A stretch of 64,000 nucleotides of DNA from Lama guanicoe (GCA_013239625.1 MU053482.1:1091168-1155167), one strand, 5' to 3'. Numbered from the stretch's first letter, positions 39,315 through 53,849 are shown. A program made the numbers and translations. The notes: generated from the letters alone by a model not told the origin.

Positions 39315-40349
39315 TTTCTAATAATCACAACCTAGTCAGTCCTGCTACCCTCACTCTACAGAGTGGAAACAAGTGTTAAATAATTTGCCCAAACTCATAC
39401 AGCAGTGGCTGGCAGAGCTGGGACTGAACCCCAGATCTGTTTGACTTTAAACTGACACTTTAATATGAAACATTAAAAGAGTGTGGCAAAGACGCAAATG
39501 CTCTCCTCTGGTTTTTCACTGGCTTGTTGGAAGTTCTCTGTCGTCCCTTCACTGGCTTCTCCACTGTTCATCAGATATTTAAGGTCCTCTGTGACCCACT
39601 TGAAAACTCTAACCTGCATGAGCAGAGTGAGTTGTCTTCGGTGGTTACATTTATTTCTGTTAAATGTAAGGCATCACTAAGACTAAAATAGAACTTGGGG
39701 TCAGATTCCTTCATGGCTGGGGAACTCTGCAGCTGTGACAGATGGATGAGGGAGCGAATGCTAGAGGGAGAAAGAAGAGAAAAAAGAATCTGTCCTAAAC
39801 TGAACCTTCAGTCCAGTGAAGACCGGCCTCCCAGAACAGGTTTTCTGGATTGCTGGGCGTCTCTTGTTTTGTGTCCTGGGGTGATTGAATGAATGTGTTC
39901 TTCCGGCATCCAGGGTCTCCTGCCCTCAGGCTGGTCACACCCTTATCCTACCCTCACCCCCTTGGGCAGTGAAACCCATAACCGTTCAGTTCCCAATGAA
40001 ATGGAAAACTATGATAATGGAGTTTAAGTGTTTTTGTCTTCATCACTGTGAAGAGGCAAAAAAAAAAAAGAAGAAATAACTTAGAAACCCTCAAGATGAG
40101 GATGAGAGAATAGGAACAGATGACTTGTCAGGAAAATAGACACTCCAGCCTAAAAAGGACAACTTTTATTCTCCTCTGAATTTATTCAGAAAAGCACGTT
40201 TCGTATTTTCTTCTCAGCCAAGAGTGAAAATTTTTTTTTTACATTTCTGTTTTCCCATCTTTGCAAACCTAAAAATATTTTTGAAACTTTTCTAAAGTGT
40301 GCTATGTTACGGTAATGTTGGCATGATGTTTAATGGTAGGTTGTATTTT

Positions 40350-42012
40350 TGGGGAGGGAGGGTAATTAGGTTTATATGTATATTATTTAACTTTTTTAAT
40401 TTGCATGCTTTTTTATTGAAGTATAGTCAGTTTACAATGTTGTGCCAATTTCTGGTGTACAGCATAATGTTTCGCTCATACATATACATATATTCCTTTT
40501 CATATTCTTTTTCATTATAGGTTAATACATGATACTGACTAGAGTTCCCTGTGCTGTACAGTAGAAACTTGTTGTTTATCTATTTTATATATAGTAGTTA
40601 GTATTTGCAAATCTTGAACTCCCAATTTATCCCTTCCCACCCCCTTCATACCCTGGTAACCACAAGTTTGTTCTCTATGTCTGTGAATATTTCTGTTTTG
40701 TAAATATTTGTGGGGTTTTTTTTCAATTCCACGTATAAGCTATATTGTATGGTAGTTTTCTTTCTCTTTCTGGCTTACTTCACTTAGAATGACAATCTCC
40801 AGGTCCATCCATGTTGCTCAAATGGCATTATTTTATTTTTTATGGCTGAGTAGTATTCCATTGTATATATATATACCACATCTTCTTTATCCAGTCATCT
40901 GCCAATGGACATTTAGGTTTTTTCCCTGTCTTAGCTATTGTAAATAGTGCTGCTGTGAACATTGGGGTGCATATGTCTTTTAGAATTAGAGTTTTCTCTG
41001 TTCAAAAAAATGTTAAATTTTGTGTGGAAACACAAAAGACCCTGAATAGCCTAAACAGTCTTGAAAAAGAAGAACAGAGCTGGAGGAATCACGCTCCCTG
41101 ACTTCAGATTATACTACAAAGCTACAATAATCAAAACAATATGGCACTAGTACAAAAACAGACACAGATCAATGGAACAGGATAGAAAGTCCAGAAATAA
41201 ACCCACACACTTATGGTCAATTAATCTACAACAAAAGAGGCAAGAATACCCAATGGAGAAAAGACAATCTCTCAATAAGTGGTGCTGGGAAAACTGGACA
41301 ACTAACTACCTGTTAAAGAATGAAATTAGAACATTCTCTAACACCATATACAAAGATAAACTCAAAATAGATTAAAGACCTAAGTGTAAGACCAGATACT
41401 TTAAAACTCCTGAAGGAAAACATAGGCAGAACACTCTTGGACATAAATCTCAGCAATGTTTTTTTCCAACCAACTCCTAAAGTAATGGAAATAAAAGTAA
41501 AAATAAACAAATGGGACAAAATTAAACTTGAACGCTTTTGCACAGCTGAGAATACCATCAACAAAATGAAAAAACCTACAGAATGGGAGAAAATACTTGG
41601 AAATGATGCGACCGACAAGGGACTAATTTCCAAAATAAACAAACAACTCATACAATTATTAGAGAAATGCAAATCAAAACTACAATGAGGTATCACCTCA
41701 CACCAGTCAAAATGGCCATCATTAAAAGTCTACAAATAATAAATACTGGAGAGGGAGTGGAGAAAAAAGGAATCCTCCCTCTTCACTGTTGGTGGGAATG
41801 TAAATTGGTGCAGCCACTATGGAGGACAGTATGGAGGTTCCTTAAAAACTAAAAATAGACTTATCATATGATCCAGCAGTCCCACTCCTGGACATATATC
41901 CAGAGAAAAATATAATTCAGAAAGACATATTTATTTTTTTAATGGAGGTATTGGGACCTAAGACCTCGTGCCTGCTAAGCACATGGTATTCCACTGAGCT
42001 ATACCCTCCCCC
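40350..42012 (-). mobile_element. vic-1-like SINE split by an L1 (tail 40350-40390, head about 41931-42012)
   Basis: The tail ggggagggagggtaattaggtttat and the head aatggaggtattggg...ctgagctataccctccccc join to make one SINE. Degenerate TSD gtaggttgtatttt (40336-40349) and gtgggttgcatttt (42016-42029). Confidence 0.8.
40391..41930 (-). mobile_element. L1 with 5' inversion (antisense 3' part about 40391-41000; sense ORF2 part about 41001-41930)
   Basis: Orientation switches at about 41000. The + strand ORFs carry ORF2 C-terminal motifs (KWCWENW, MQIKTTMRYHLTPV, HCWWECKLVQPLW). Confidence 0.9.
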
Positions 42013-42724
42013 ACTGTGGGTTGCATTTTCTTTAAGCTTCTGAGCAAACTGGATTGGAACTCCACAGAGTAAGGGGGCCCTCGCTCACCTTGGCTCACCC
42101 CAAACTCTAGCACCTTGTGTCATGCCTGCTGTCTTGTGGGTGACAACTTTTTTTTAATAAGTGAATGAATGAGCTCATTAAACTTTCCTTGCAGAGTATT
42201 CTTTCTCACCAGTACTCATTGCCTTCTGGTTCTCATTGCTTTCTCTTTACTGACATTTTCAGGGTAACCTCTCATCTGTGTTAATTTTTGCTTTTTCTAG
42301 TTGTTGGAATTATTGCTTTAGTTAGTGTAGATTTCACAGATTTTTTTCTGTTACCATGAGGTTGTTTCCTAATCTAACAGACAAAATGTGGCATATGATT
42401 TGCATTTCTTACGATATTAGTGAAGATGAACATATTTTTATATATGTATTGACCATTTGTTTTTCTTCTTTTGTGACTTGTCTCTTTCTTTTACTGTTTT
42501 TTTATGCTGGGGTTTTCTTTTGTTTTTTCTTAGTAATTTTTAAGATCTCTTTGAGATAAAAGGTGTCAGCCCTTGTTTGCTTCTTGAGATTGTTGAATGT
42601 ATATGTTTTCACATACGTCGTGTTCTTCCATTTAAAGTTCTGCGTTTAGAATGATGCTTAGAAAGTCCCTTCCACCTCCACCCTCTCTTGAGATGACAGA
42701 AACCATCTACATTAACAGCAACAT

Positions 42725-42955
42725 CAAGGACTCATACCTGCTGAGAACTTAACTATTTGCTGGACCGTGTTCTAAGAACTTTGTGTATGTTAGCTTCACT
42801 CGTCACAAAAACCTCGTGAGGCATGTGATCTTGTAACTCATTTCACAAGTGAAGAAACTGAGACACAAAAGGCTGAAATTACTTGCTCAAGGTCATGTAG
42901 TGAGTGGCAGAGACTGGAATCCAATCCAGATAATCTGAACCCAGAGGCCACCGTC
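42725..42955 (-). mobile_element. MIR
   Basis: catttcacaagtgaagaaactgagacaca...acttgctcaaggtca. Confidence 0.75.
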
Positions 42956-43349
42956 TAAACTGTAATCTCTACATTAAAACTTGAATCCATTTGGAATGAA
43001 TTTGGTGTACATATATGCCAGTGATCTTAACTAATTTTTTCCCAAATAATCATTTATCCCATCCTCATCTGAATAAACCAACACTTCCTAAACCACCAAT
43101 ATTGTCATGTAACAGATGCTCATATTTTTAACTTTTGTGCAGTCTGCACATTTGAACCTTATACACTGACATCCCTAAACCATCTTTTATGACCTGAATT
43201 TGACATTTGATGCATCAGCTGGTAAAGCTCTTGAAAACTGTTTTGAGTAGGATTGCCGAAACAGATCAGTCTCAGCAGTATTTTCACCTTCATTTGATTA
43301 GTGTTATTTATATTATTGTTTAAAAATTGTATCTCATCTTGCCCTTATT

Positions 43350-43640
43350 TTGAAGCCAGACACAATAGAACACATATTGTATGATTCCATTAATATGGAA
43401 TGTCCAGAAAAGGCAAATCTGTAGAGATTCAAAGTAGATTAGTGCTTGGGGGTGGGAATGGTGAATGATCATAAATAGGGATGAGGTTTCTTTTTAGGGT
43501 GATGGAAATGCCCTAAAATTAGATGATGATGATGGTTGTAAAATTCTTAAAATGTACCAAGATTCATTCAATTTTGCACTCAAAACAGGTGTATTTTATG
43601 TGATGAGAATTATGTCCCAGCAAAGCAATTTTTAAAAAAA
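43350..43640 (+). mobile_element. L1M 3' end fragment
   Basis: cacatattgtatgattccatt...gtccagaaaaggcaaatct...gggtgatggaaatg. Confidence 0.8.
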
Positions 43641-44129
43641 AGCAAAAACCTATACCCAGCTCAAACACACACCCACACACACACAGAAGACAGGAAATTC
43701 AAAAGTGCTAATGTTAATCATAAGGTATAAGCCTCAAAAAATGTAATAACGTTGGGATAAATATGGAAATAATTAGAATTTGAAAGCAATTCACTGTTAT
43801 CCTCAAACAGATGCTCTCTTATACTTAGCCTGTTGATTCTGGGACCTACCGTGAATGGAAGAAAATGTTGGGAACATATTGTTAAAAATTGCACTACCAA
43901 AGTAATATGTGATTAGGGTTTTAATAGAATTTTTAGTTCTTAGACGTTAGAAACTCTTTTATAATATCTAAGTATGTTTTTCTTTTTGTGCATTTGTATT
44001 CTGTATGTTTTTATGAAATAATTATGTACTAAAAGTAGGGAACTACCAATTTTTTGTACTTTTATGTTTTTATTTATCTTCAGTTTTCTGGTAGCAATAT
44101 TCTGATATTACAATTAGAGCCTCTTAATA

Positions 44130-44781
44130 ATACATTTTAGTGTCTAGTAAGATAAATCTGCCATCTCATTTTTATAAATGGTAAAAAGATTGATTGTTTA
44201 CATCCATTTAATCTTGCAAGTAAACCTTTGTATCATTTAGGAATGATGTTTAAAAGTGAGTTGTGACATTGCTCTGGGATTTACTTATATTTATATACAA
44301 TTTTGGTATGAATGAACATCTTCACAATATTAAATCTTCCCACCTGGGAACATAGACTACCTCTATGTACTCTAGCCTTTTAAAAAAGTCAATTAATAAC
44401 ATTCTGTAAAATGTCTTTATCTAGGTTCATTATGTTTCTTTTTAAGATTTTTCCTGAGTACTGTTGAAACTAGGATATTTTTTATTCTTAAAATCTGTTT
44501 TACTCACTGGTATATATAGAAAAGACTTTTAAAATTATGGTATTTATATTTGATAAAATGCAGAGGTCTTAAGTGCTCAACTCAGTTTGATGAGTTTTGA
44601 CATTTGTGTTCACCATGTAATCACCATCCAAAACAAGGTGTGGAACATTTCCATCATCCCAGAAAGTTTCACCATGTTTCATCATGTTTCATCATGCCCT
44701 GTTCCAGTCAACCCCTCCACCCTACTAACAGCAGCCAGTTTCTGACTTCTCTTACCATGAGTTCCTGGTCTTGTACGTTAT

Positions 44782-44819
<38 letters not shown>

Positions 44820-46020
44820 GGGGTGGCATCCTTTTGCTCAGCGTAATGTTTTGATATTGAGCAATGTTGTGGAGCATATCAGTAGTTCTTTTTTTTTCTT
44901 TTAACTGAGTAATATTACACTGTGTAAGTACACCAGAATTTGTTTATCCATTTTTCTGCTTTTGGACATTTGGGTTGTTTCTAGTTTGGATTTTTTTTCT
45001 GTTTGCTTTTGGTTTTGGCTAATATGAATACAGCTGTTATGAACATTCTTATGCAAGTCTGTGTGTGGACATATGTTTTTATTTCTCTTGGGTAAATACC
45101 TAGGAGTAAAGTTCCTTGGTCATAGGATAGATATATATTATTTATAAGAAGTGGGAAGACTTTTTCAAAGTGATTGTGCTATTTTGCCTTCCCAGTAGCA
45201 CTGCCTGTGAGTTCCAGTGGCTTCATACCACTGCCAGTGTTTAGCATCGTCATCTTTCTATTTTAACTATTCTAGGGATGGCATTTCATTGTGGTTTTCA
45301 TTTTTGACTCCTGATGCCGAGTATTTTTTCTTGCATTTTACATATCTTCTTCTATAAAATTTATGTTTTAGCTTTTTGCCCATTTCTGCTGGATTCTTTT
45401 GAATTGTGATTTGTAAGAGTTCTTTATTTTTGCATACTTATTAGACACCTGTTTCATTAGTAGTTGTTCATTTGTTTATCTTTGATTTCCAACTAAGCAA
45501 TTATATCTTCTGTTAAGGGTCATATTTTTCCTCCTTTTTTGTGATAACTTTACCTTTTCTATATCTCCTTATTTTATGGCCTTGGCTAGAACTTCCCAAA
45601 TGAAGAATAATAGGAGTGATAGCAGAAATTCTTGTCCTGGTCTTGAATTTAATGATAGTGCTGTTAGTGTTACATTATTTTATTAGGAATAGATGTTGAA
45701 TTTTATCTGACGTCTTTTCTGTTGACATATTTGTAAGATTTTTCTTCTTTAATCCGCTGGTGTGATTTACTAATTTTGGAACATCCATGCATCTTGGAAT
45801 AAACCCTACTTGATCAAAGTGTGTTATTAACACTGGTAGATTTTAATGGATTGCATAGAATTTTCTTCAGCTGTATTCATACAAGAATTGGCCTATAGTT
45901 TTTGATTGTTTTTGTTTTGATGGCGATCCTTGCTTCTTTTGTGCATCTTGCCAGGTACTGTTTTCAGGGTTGTACTAAACTCAGTAGAGGAGTTACTATT
46001 ACTTTCTCCTCTGGAGTACA
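44130..46020 (-). mobile_element. Nested old L1M fragments
   Basis: Antisense L1 3'UTR at about 44525-45450 within an older L1 ORF2 remnant. Boundaries approximate. Confidence 0.65.
44784..44817. repeat. (GT)n microsatellite
   Basis: Perfect GT run, read directly. Confidence 0.97.
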
Positions 46021-46869
46021 TTTTCCAGTAAATCAATTACGTGTGTTACCTTTCCTTCCCATTCCCCTATCCATTTCCCCCTTGAGTGAGTTCCTTCATC
46101 TCACACCTCCCCTTCCCTTGTTGTTACTGGCCAGTGCTGAGCTCCAGAGGACCCCACACCCCCTGCTCACCTGCTCTCGGTCCCACTGCTGCAGGTATAT
46201 ACAGGCTATGTCGGCGTCCTTGGCTGCCCTGAGTTTTGAGGTCTGCATTTCATTCTGCAGTGAGTTCCCATGTAATAAGTCAGAGCGCATTTCATGAGAA
46301 CATCTGGGGCCGCAGCAAGGGCAGCCCGCCCTGACCTGAGCCGTGAAGCAGGCTGAGCTGTACGAAATCGCTGACAGTCCTGCAGTCTGGCCTGCAGAAG
46401 AGGCAGCCTCACAGAGTTCAACCTTATCCTTGGACTCCTTCCTCCCAGACGTCTGGAAGCACCTGGAGGCTGGGACGCCTTCACTTTTTCTCTCTTGGAA
46501 GCTCTGGAGAGAAGATACCTGCATCAGGTGTGACTGGGGCCCTTGGCGCCGGGAACAGGCTTCCTGCTGGACATTTTTAATGTTCTGTTTACATTTCTCT
46601 TGACTGTCCTAGAGGATTTTGCTTTGATATCCCAGAAATTCAGTTAGGCCCTCTTGTGAACCTTCCTGAACAAAAGGAACACCCGCATGTGTTACAGGAC
46701 ATGACTGGACGAGCAGAGGAGTGTCTACAGTAGAAGCGACGGCTACTGCATCACCAATCAAAGTACTGCATGATTAAGGAGACCTTAGAAAATCCAAGAC
46801 AATCTTCAAAAATTAGCGAAAAACAAAGGACGCTTGAACAGCATAGGTAGCAGGTTTATTCACCATGGC

Positions 46870-47512
46870 CTCCTGCTCGGTTATGCTGATCCTCCTGTGC
46901 CTCCCTCCTCAGTCTGTTCTCTACACCAAAGCTAGACTGATCCCTTTAACTTTTAGGTTGATTCTTGTTATTTTTTTGCCCCCAATCCTCTGATTCCCCA
47001 TTTCATCACGATAGAAGCCAAAGTCCTTCAGGATTTAGACCACTCCCCCCCCATTATCTCTGACCTCATCTGCCACTAATGTCCCCAACATTGTCTCTAC
47101 TCCAGCTACACTGAAGCCTCCTTTCAGATGTCCCAACACAGCCCTGCCTCCACACCATTTTCTCTGCCTGATCCACTTCCCCCAGGTAACCATGTGCCTT
47201 GCTTCCTCCCTTCGTTTAGGTCTTCTTTAAATGTCATCATCTCTGAGGTCTCCCCAGTCCTCTAATTCACAATTGCGTTTCCTTCCGTCACCTCATATCT
47301 CCCGGTAGTCTTGAGGGACGTTTTTTACCACTTAACATACAATATAGTGTACTTAATTTGTTTATCGTCTGAGTTCTAGAATGTTAACTATAGTGGCAAC
47401 TCTATTACAGCAAGGATTCCTACCCTTTTTTCTCCCTTATATTCCAGGACTTCATATAGTGCCTGTTACATGGTAGGTGTTCAGCAAATACTTGTTGAAT
47501 AAGTGAGTGAGT
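46870..47512 (+). mobile_element. L2a 3' fragment
   Basis: Ends tagtgcctgttacatggtaggtgttcagcaaatacttgttgaataagtgagtga. Confidence 0.8.
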
Positions 47513-49084
47513 ATATTTAAAGGGAAGACTTTTTTTTTTTTTTTTTTGGGGAAGCATGGCTGCCTTTGTTCTCGTCCTAGGTGAATGAGAACTATACCTT
47601 TGCTGAGAGAAGAGAGAAATCCTACAGAACAGAAAGTCGTTACTTGGGAGTCAGGGAGTTCTTCCGATGATCAAGGCACCCTCCATGCCCAGGTTTGTCA
47701 CCTAAACCATCTCAGCACTGGAAGGGCCTCAGGCCGTTGCCAAGAAACAGACTCTCTGTAGCGCTTGACTTACTCTTCCTAGAAATTCCTGAGAATTTCA
47801 AATGGAGCACCGGGTAGAGAAAACTAGCCCCTCTGAGAAGTCCTGGGAGTTGGAGTGGGAGATTGGTTCTCACCTTCTAGTCGGATTGTTTGGCATATTC
47901 TAAGAATCGCTACCTTCGAATGAAGACTTAGGGCCAGAGAAAGAAAGCACGTGGAGGTAGAAACATCTCAGTTTTGACACTGGGGAACTTCGTGACGGTG
48001 GACAAGTTTTTCAGCCTCTCTGCTAATATCTGACCACTTCCTGTAGCAGTGCGGGCCATACCATTTCAGAAGGATAGCTCATTTGTCTTACTTCCTGTAT
48101 AATTCTCTCCATAGGCTAGGATATTCCCGTAGCATCTGTGCGTCTCCTTTATCTGGCTTATAGATCAGGACGTAAGACTGTCTTCAGAGGTAGGTTGAGC
48201 TGATAGAGAGGAGTCCTTGCTCTGTGTCCTCCCTGATCAATCTATCTTTCCCTTCCTGGAGAGGCTACAGCTGTTCATTCATTGATGCTTTGCATAATAA
48301 TTATAGATCTACCTCGTGCCGGGCACTGCTCTAAGTGGAGTGGGAGCAACACAGATAATGAGTTAACACATATATTTCTGACACTGCTAAATGCTCTACG
48401 TGTATTTTTAGTTCGTTTAATTTTTGAGAGAAAGAGGAGGAGACTTACTACTGTCTTTATTGGAAGAGCATCTGAGCTGCCCTCTGATTACACCTACACT
48501 ACCCTTCATTGCAGTAAAATCACTTATTTCCCTAAAGAGTATTAGAGACTTTTAGTGGCCATGGAGGGAAACGGTCTAATGCTTGTGTGTGGAAAAAAGG
48601 CAGATCCTCTTTTGCTAAAGCCCCATTTGCCCTAGTTCTCAGATAGGATTCAGCCAAGGTAGCTGTCTTTTTTTCTTTCCCCTCTAGCTGCAAAGGCAAA
48701 AGTTCCAGGTGACAAAAGGTGTGAGAAGGTCAGCCCTGAGGATGGAAAGATTGTGTGGCAGGGGAAAGGATCTGGAGGCTTGTAGCTTCCAGTTCAGCAA
48801 CTCCAGCCTTCCTGAAGTCTTCACCACACAAAAAAGAAGAATGTGGCCACCTTCCCCTTCGCCATCTCCTAAGATTCTCTTGGGCTATGTGAGGGTTCCC
48901 CGCTTGGGGGCGCTGTAGGCTCGGTAGTCAAGCTGCTGGCTTGGGACATGGCTCCAGCACTGGCTGTGTGACCTTGGGAAGGTTATTTAACCTCTCTGAG
49001 CCAAGGTTCTCTCCTGTAGAATGGCCAAGGCCCCAAATAAAAGTGCCAATAGAAAGAAAATAGAGCTCTTGCCTTTAGCATCTC

Positions 49085-49117
49085 ACAGCCTAAAACAGTC
49101 TAAAACAGTCTAAAACA
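49085..49117. repeat. Tandem 10-mer (ctaaaacagt) x about 3
   Basis: cagcctaaaacagtctaaaacagtctaaaaca. Confidence 0.85.
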
Positions 49118-50939
49118 AATATCTCCTATTTCATGCGGTACTAGAAAATATGGAGAAAGGGCTGCCAGTGCAGAGAACACAGGGCTGGAGAAACATTAAG
49201 GTTGCACCAAAGGCATAATTTGTAAGCTGAGTCTTCTAAGACCACCCTCCTCCAAAAACAAACAAACCAAAAACATTTTGCCAGCAGAGAAGTGAGCAGA
49301 GTTGTTCAGGAAGAAGAAACAGCACACAAAGGAGCGAGAGGTAGAGTGTGTGCAGGGAGCGAAGAACAGTTCAGACTGACTGGAGAACTGGGCAGGTTAG
49401 GTAGGAGAAATAACAGGACAATGGCTGGAAAAGTTGGCTGATAGGATATGCTAAGAGGGTCACATTTGAACCTAAGAGCATCTGGGATCTTTTGAAGGAT
49501 TTAAGCAAGGAAATGAAATGACCAGATCTGTGTTTACAGGGAGGATGAATTGAAAGAGGTAGAATTACCGTCAAGTAATCTTTCAGAGAACACCGGAAAG
49601 GGAATAGAGAGAAAGAGTTGTAATCAAGACGCGTTTTGGAGGTCAGCTGAAATGACTTGGTGCCATGTACCAAGCTCTAGGAATGGTAACAGCGATGGAG
49701 GAACAGTTCATGCGGACAGAAGAGAGGTGGGGTGCCTAGTGCTTGTCTCCGATAGAAGGTTAAAAACACGCAGTGTCCTGTGGTTATCTGTGAAGCAGGT
49801 CTCTATCCATGGTAGAAAAAAATAATGTGTTTCTCTTTATGATTATCCATTCCACTGAGCACATTGGTTTAATTCACTGACTGCCCTGCTTCTTTCTCTG
49901 TAGAGGGTATCTTTCCTAAAGAATCTCATCTTCCCATCTCCCCTAAACTGTGTGAATTCTTAGTTTGGATGAAAATGTTCAGGATGACAAGGTTGCTTAG
50001 AATGCCCAAGCTTCTAAGGATGCTCTCATATTCCCAAATGGTACTTTTTTCTTTAAAGCAGAACAAATTTTCATCTCCAATTACTTTTTTTTTCTATTAA
50101 GAATTGATGGATCTATAAAATGTCTTTTCAGAATAGATTGTTTTACCTTCCAATTAAATATGAAAGCCTTCTCTGTAGCCCTTTAACTTTTGAAATCTGC
50201 TGTCTTTGTTTTCACCGAGGACAGTCTTTGACTAGACATGCTCCTGGGAAAAGTAGGAACATTAAAAAAAAAAATGTGTGTGAATCTCGAAGAATCTACT
50301 AGGGCAGCATGTTGAGAAAAAATTAAGTCTCAGAAAGGCTCCAGTACCCTAAATCTTTGTGCTAGATGCACCCAGACGAGCTCACCTCCTCTTTTCCACA
50401 TCTCCTTTTAAGGTATACGTGTTCCTAAGATGTTTAAACATTAAACATTGTTTATCAGTCAGCAGTCCCCACTGCTTTCTGACCTCCCAGTCTCCAGACC
50501 TTCTCCCCAGATAGAAGCATACGCTCCACCCAATCCTAGCTCCTTAATCACAGTTCTGCTGACACAGTTGTTGTACTCCAAAACTTGATTGTCTCCTCTT
50601 GCCCAGCAGTTAAAGTCTGAGATCAGGGAACTAACTGTAGGGTGTCAGGGCTGGGAGAGGCTTTACATTTTTCAACCGCTTCCTGATATTCCATTCCTCT
50701 CTAAAGCAGAGAAACCAGCTGGACAGACAGGGAATTTACCCTCTTCAGAGACAAACAGACGAGTTTTGGATTGTGATAGAGAAGAATATTCTAAATCTTC
50801 CCATGGTTTCGCCTTGTTGCTCTTGGTTCTAAACCTTAGAATGATTAAAAACAAGCTTAGACTCTCTTCTGCGTGACCCCACTTCAAATATGTGCTGACA
50901 AGAGTCTTGTCTTTCTTCAGTGTTTTCCTTAAAGCTTAA

Positions 50940-51760
50940 TGACTCCTCATTGCTCTTTGTGTAATCCTGACCCTCTCCTACGGTGGTTGCTCTTCTCAAC
51001 TTCTGATGATTACATCTCTCTAAAATGGAGATGCCCAGAACAGAATTAAGGTTTTGAGTGTGTTGTGGCTAGTGTATAACCTCCCTAGACTATACCTCTA
51101 TTGGTACAGCCTAAAGCCAAATTAGTTTCTGGTAGGTATGTCACATTTTGACTCAAAGTAAGATTAAATCAGAAAGCCTTTTATTTTCACATGGACTGGG
51201 TTGCATCTGCTTCAGAGGTTGTGCCATTGACTTTTCAGGCATTCAAATAATTTGTCTTGACAAACTCACATGGTTAGGCTTTGGCCATCTCACCTACCTT
51301 TTGGGATTTTTATGGATCTCGATATCTATTGTGTCATGCTCAAATTCTGTGTCTTTTCTAAGATATTGATAAAATGACAGAAATGGATAATACCCAAGTT
51401 ATTGAATCATAATCAGCACCCTTTAGGTATGGTTGTCCAACTGGATATAAACTCACCATGTTTTACTGTCATTTAGCCTAAATTTATACAGATCATCTAC
51501 AAGGAGATCAGGAAAGAGCTTACCAGATGCTGTGCCAAGGTCCACATTTACTGAGCCTACAAGAGTGCCCTGATCTATGAGTCAAATAACCCAAATCCAG
51601 AAAGGAAGTGCTGTTAGTCTCATATCCCGTTTTAAATGATCCCATGAAGACTCAACGATGTCTTTAAGGGCCTTTGGAACCACACTTTTTAAATAATCAA
51701 TCCTGATACTATGCCTGAAATGAGCACCAGGCTCAGCTCTTTGATTTTGGATCCATAGTT
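50940..51760 (-). mobile_element. L3/CR1 fragment
   Basis: gcccagaacagaa...acctccctagactatacctctattggtacagcctaaag resembles the antisense CR1 RT region. Confidence 0.55.
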
Positions 51761-53849
51761 TTCCTCTCTGCCTGTTAGGGACCTGACCTCAGCCTGTGAT
51801 AAAGGTCATCCTAGGCAGTCAGTTTCTGTGGGGCACTTGCCAGACACCAAGCTTCGCCTTTCCCCTCTAGTGCTGAGAAAAGCTGAGCGCTGACCAAGCC
51901 CTCAGTGAGACATGGTTGGCTAAGTACGTCCCAGAATTGCATGTCTGCCAAAGGCACCACTCCTTCCCTGGGCGTGTTGGGTAGTGTTTTGAAATATAAA
52001 AGACTCAAATCACAGCAGGGGAAAACCAGCCATCCTCAGGTCATTCAAGACAAGCCAAAACCACTTCTTCTTTACCAGAAGGCAAAGAGTTGCTCAGATT
52101 GAGCAATTATCATTCTTATTATCATTAAATTCTTTATCTTTGTCTTATCATCATCAATTCCATCTGCCAGTGAGGCTCTAGGGTACCGCCAGCTTCCTGT
52201 GTGGTGGAGATGTGTGGGAGCTCTCCAGCCACGAGATCATACTCTTAGAAGCCTCTGACGGGAAGCCTCACTTGTGTGGCAAGGTCAGGAACGGCAGTGT
52301 CCCCTCACAGGTGGAACCAGTCCTCTGAGTACTCAGTTGTGCACCTGTCCAGACTGGGAATCCCAGGCTCAGTCATGTTGCCATGTAAGCATGAGGATAT
52401 ATAAGCAGGCAGCAGAGGCTTCCCTCCAACTTGAGCAGCTGTGAGCCATAAGCATCATATGATATGAGCCTATCGTAGCTGCCGTCCTGCCTCATGGACT
52501 CACTTCTCCTTTTGCCTTTGCAGTTCTGCAGTAGTCATGTGAGAGGGGTGATGGTACCTTGGGATAGGGTAGCAGCCTAAAGAAGGAGAAAGTTGGACAG
52601 ACTCTAGCTATTTTTGGACGGAGAAATAACATGACTTGCAGATGTGGGAGGGTGAGAGAAGAGGAGGAATATAATCTGATGACTGCCAGTTTTGGGGAGC
52701 TTCTGGGAAGATGTTTTTACCAAATTGAGATGAAGAAGATTTGGGCAGGAGGATTGGGGGCAGGAGATGGAACTAAATCAACTCCATTTTTGAAATATTC
52801 AGATTGAGACGCCTATTAGACAGTTAACACGACGTCTAAAGAAAGCATTTGGGTGTATGAGTTTGTAATGCAGGGGAGACACTTGGATGGAGATATAAAT
52901 GTTGGCTTCATCTATATATAAGAGGCATTTCAAACCAGGGAACCAGATAAGATCAGATGAGATAGAGATGTGAATGATTTTGGCCAACCATAAAGTGCTT
53001 TGCACATACGTGATGTTACTCTGCTATGTATTGCCAGCTGAACAGAGTCAGTACTTTCTAGGGCCAGTCCTATGGCATTAGACCTAGAATCATTTGAGGG
53101 AGTGATTCAGGAAAGGAAAAGGAGTGGGCTCCTTGCAAATCCTCTCCCAGTGCCGTATGAGGGCTTCTGGGTTCACTTGTACCCCAGCACCAGCTCAGAG
53201 AGTTTCATCCTGTGCAATTAATCATGTTAATATCTATAAATAAAGTGCAACCAACAGTTATTTTAACAGTGCATGCTAATTATTGGTAGGATCTGTCACT
53301 GAAAAGAGGGTGTTTTGCCAATTTTGTCATGTCTGGGGCAAGTATTAGGCATACAGTTTCTGAAAAAACTGAATGATCAAATCATTAAGAGCTTCCGTGT
53401 TGCAGGTGGGCCAGCTTTGGGCCATCAGTGTGACTGTTACAGTGAGAATAATGATATTTGAGAATAATGTTGCAACAAGGAGTTCCTCTCCCCTTGGTAA
53501 ATAATGATTTCTTCCTGCTGTATCTTGAAAGCATTTTTGTTTTTGAAACAGATTCTGTAAGAACAGGATTTCTCAGTGAGTCAGTAGTGCTGAGGAGTAT
53601 CAGGGTGGGTGGTGACCAGATGTCCCATAGCATGGTGGCTTGACCCAAAATCTCCAGGCATCTAGGCTCCTGGGGCTGCAGCGGATATCCAAGAACCCTT
53701 GCACCTCCTCTTCATTTGTGCATCAATCCAAGAAATATTGAATCAGCTACTCCTAAGTGTCAGCCACTGGGAGAGGTGGGTAAGTGGGACTTCCCCTGGG
53801 AGAGTACACAGCGAGAGTAAGGAACATGTAATCAAATAAATGACAATCT

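Noticed and set aside
41172..41852. ORFs with reverse-transcriptase C-terminal motifs as an active L1
   Set aside because: They are fragmented, frameshifted and part of a truncated, inverted copy.
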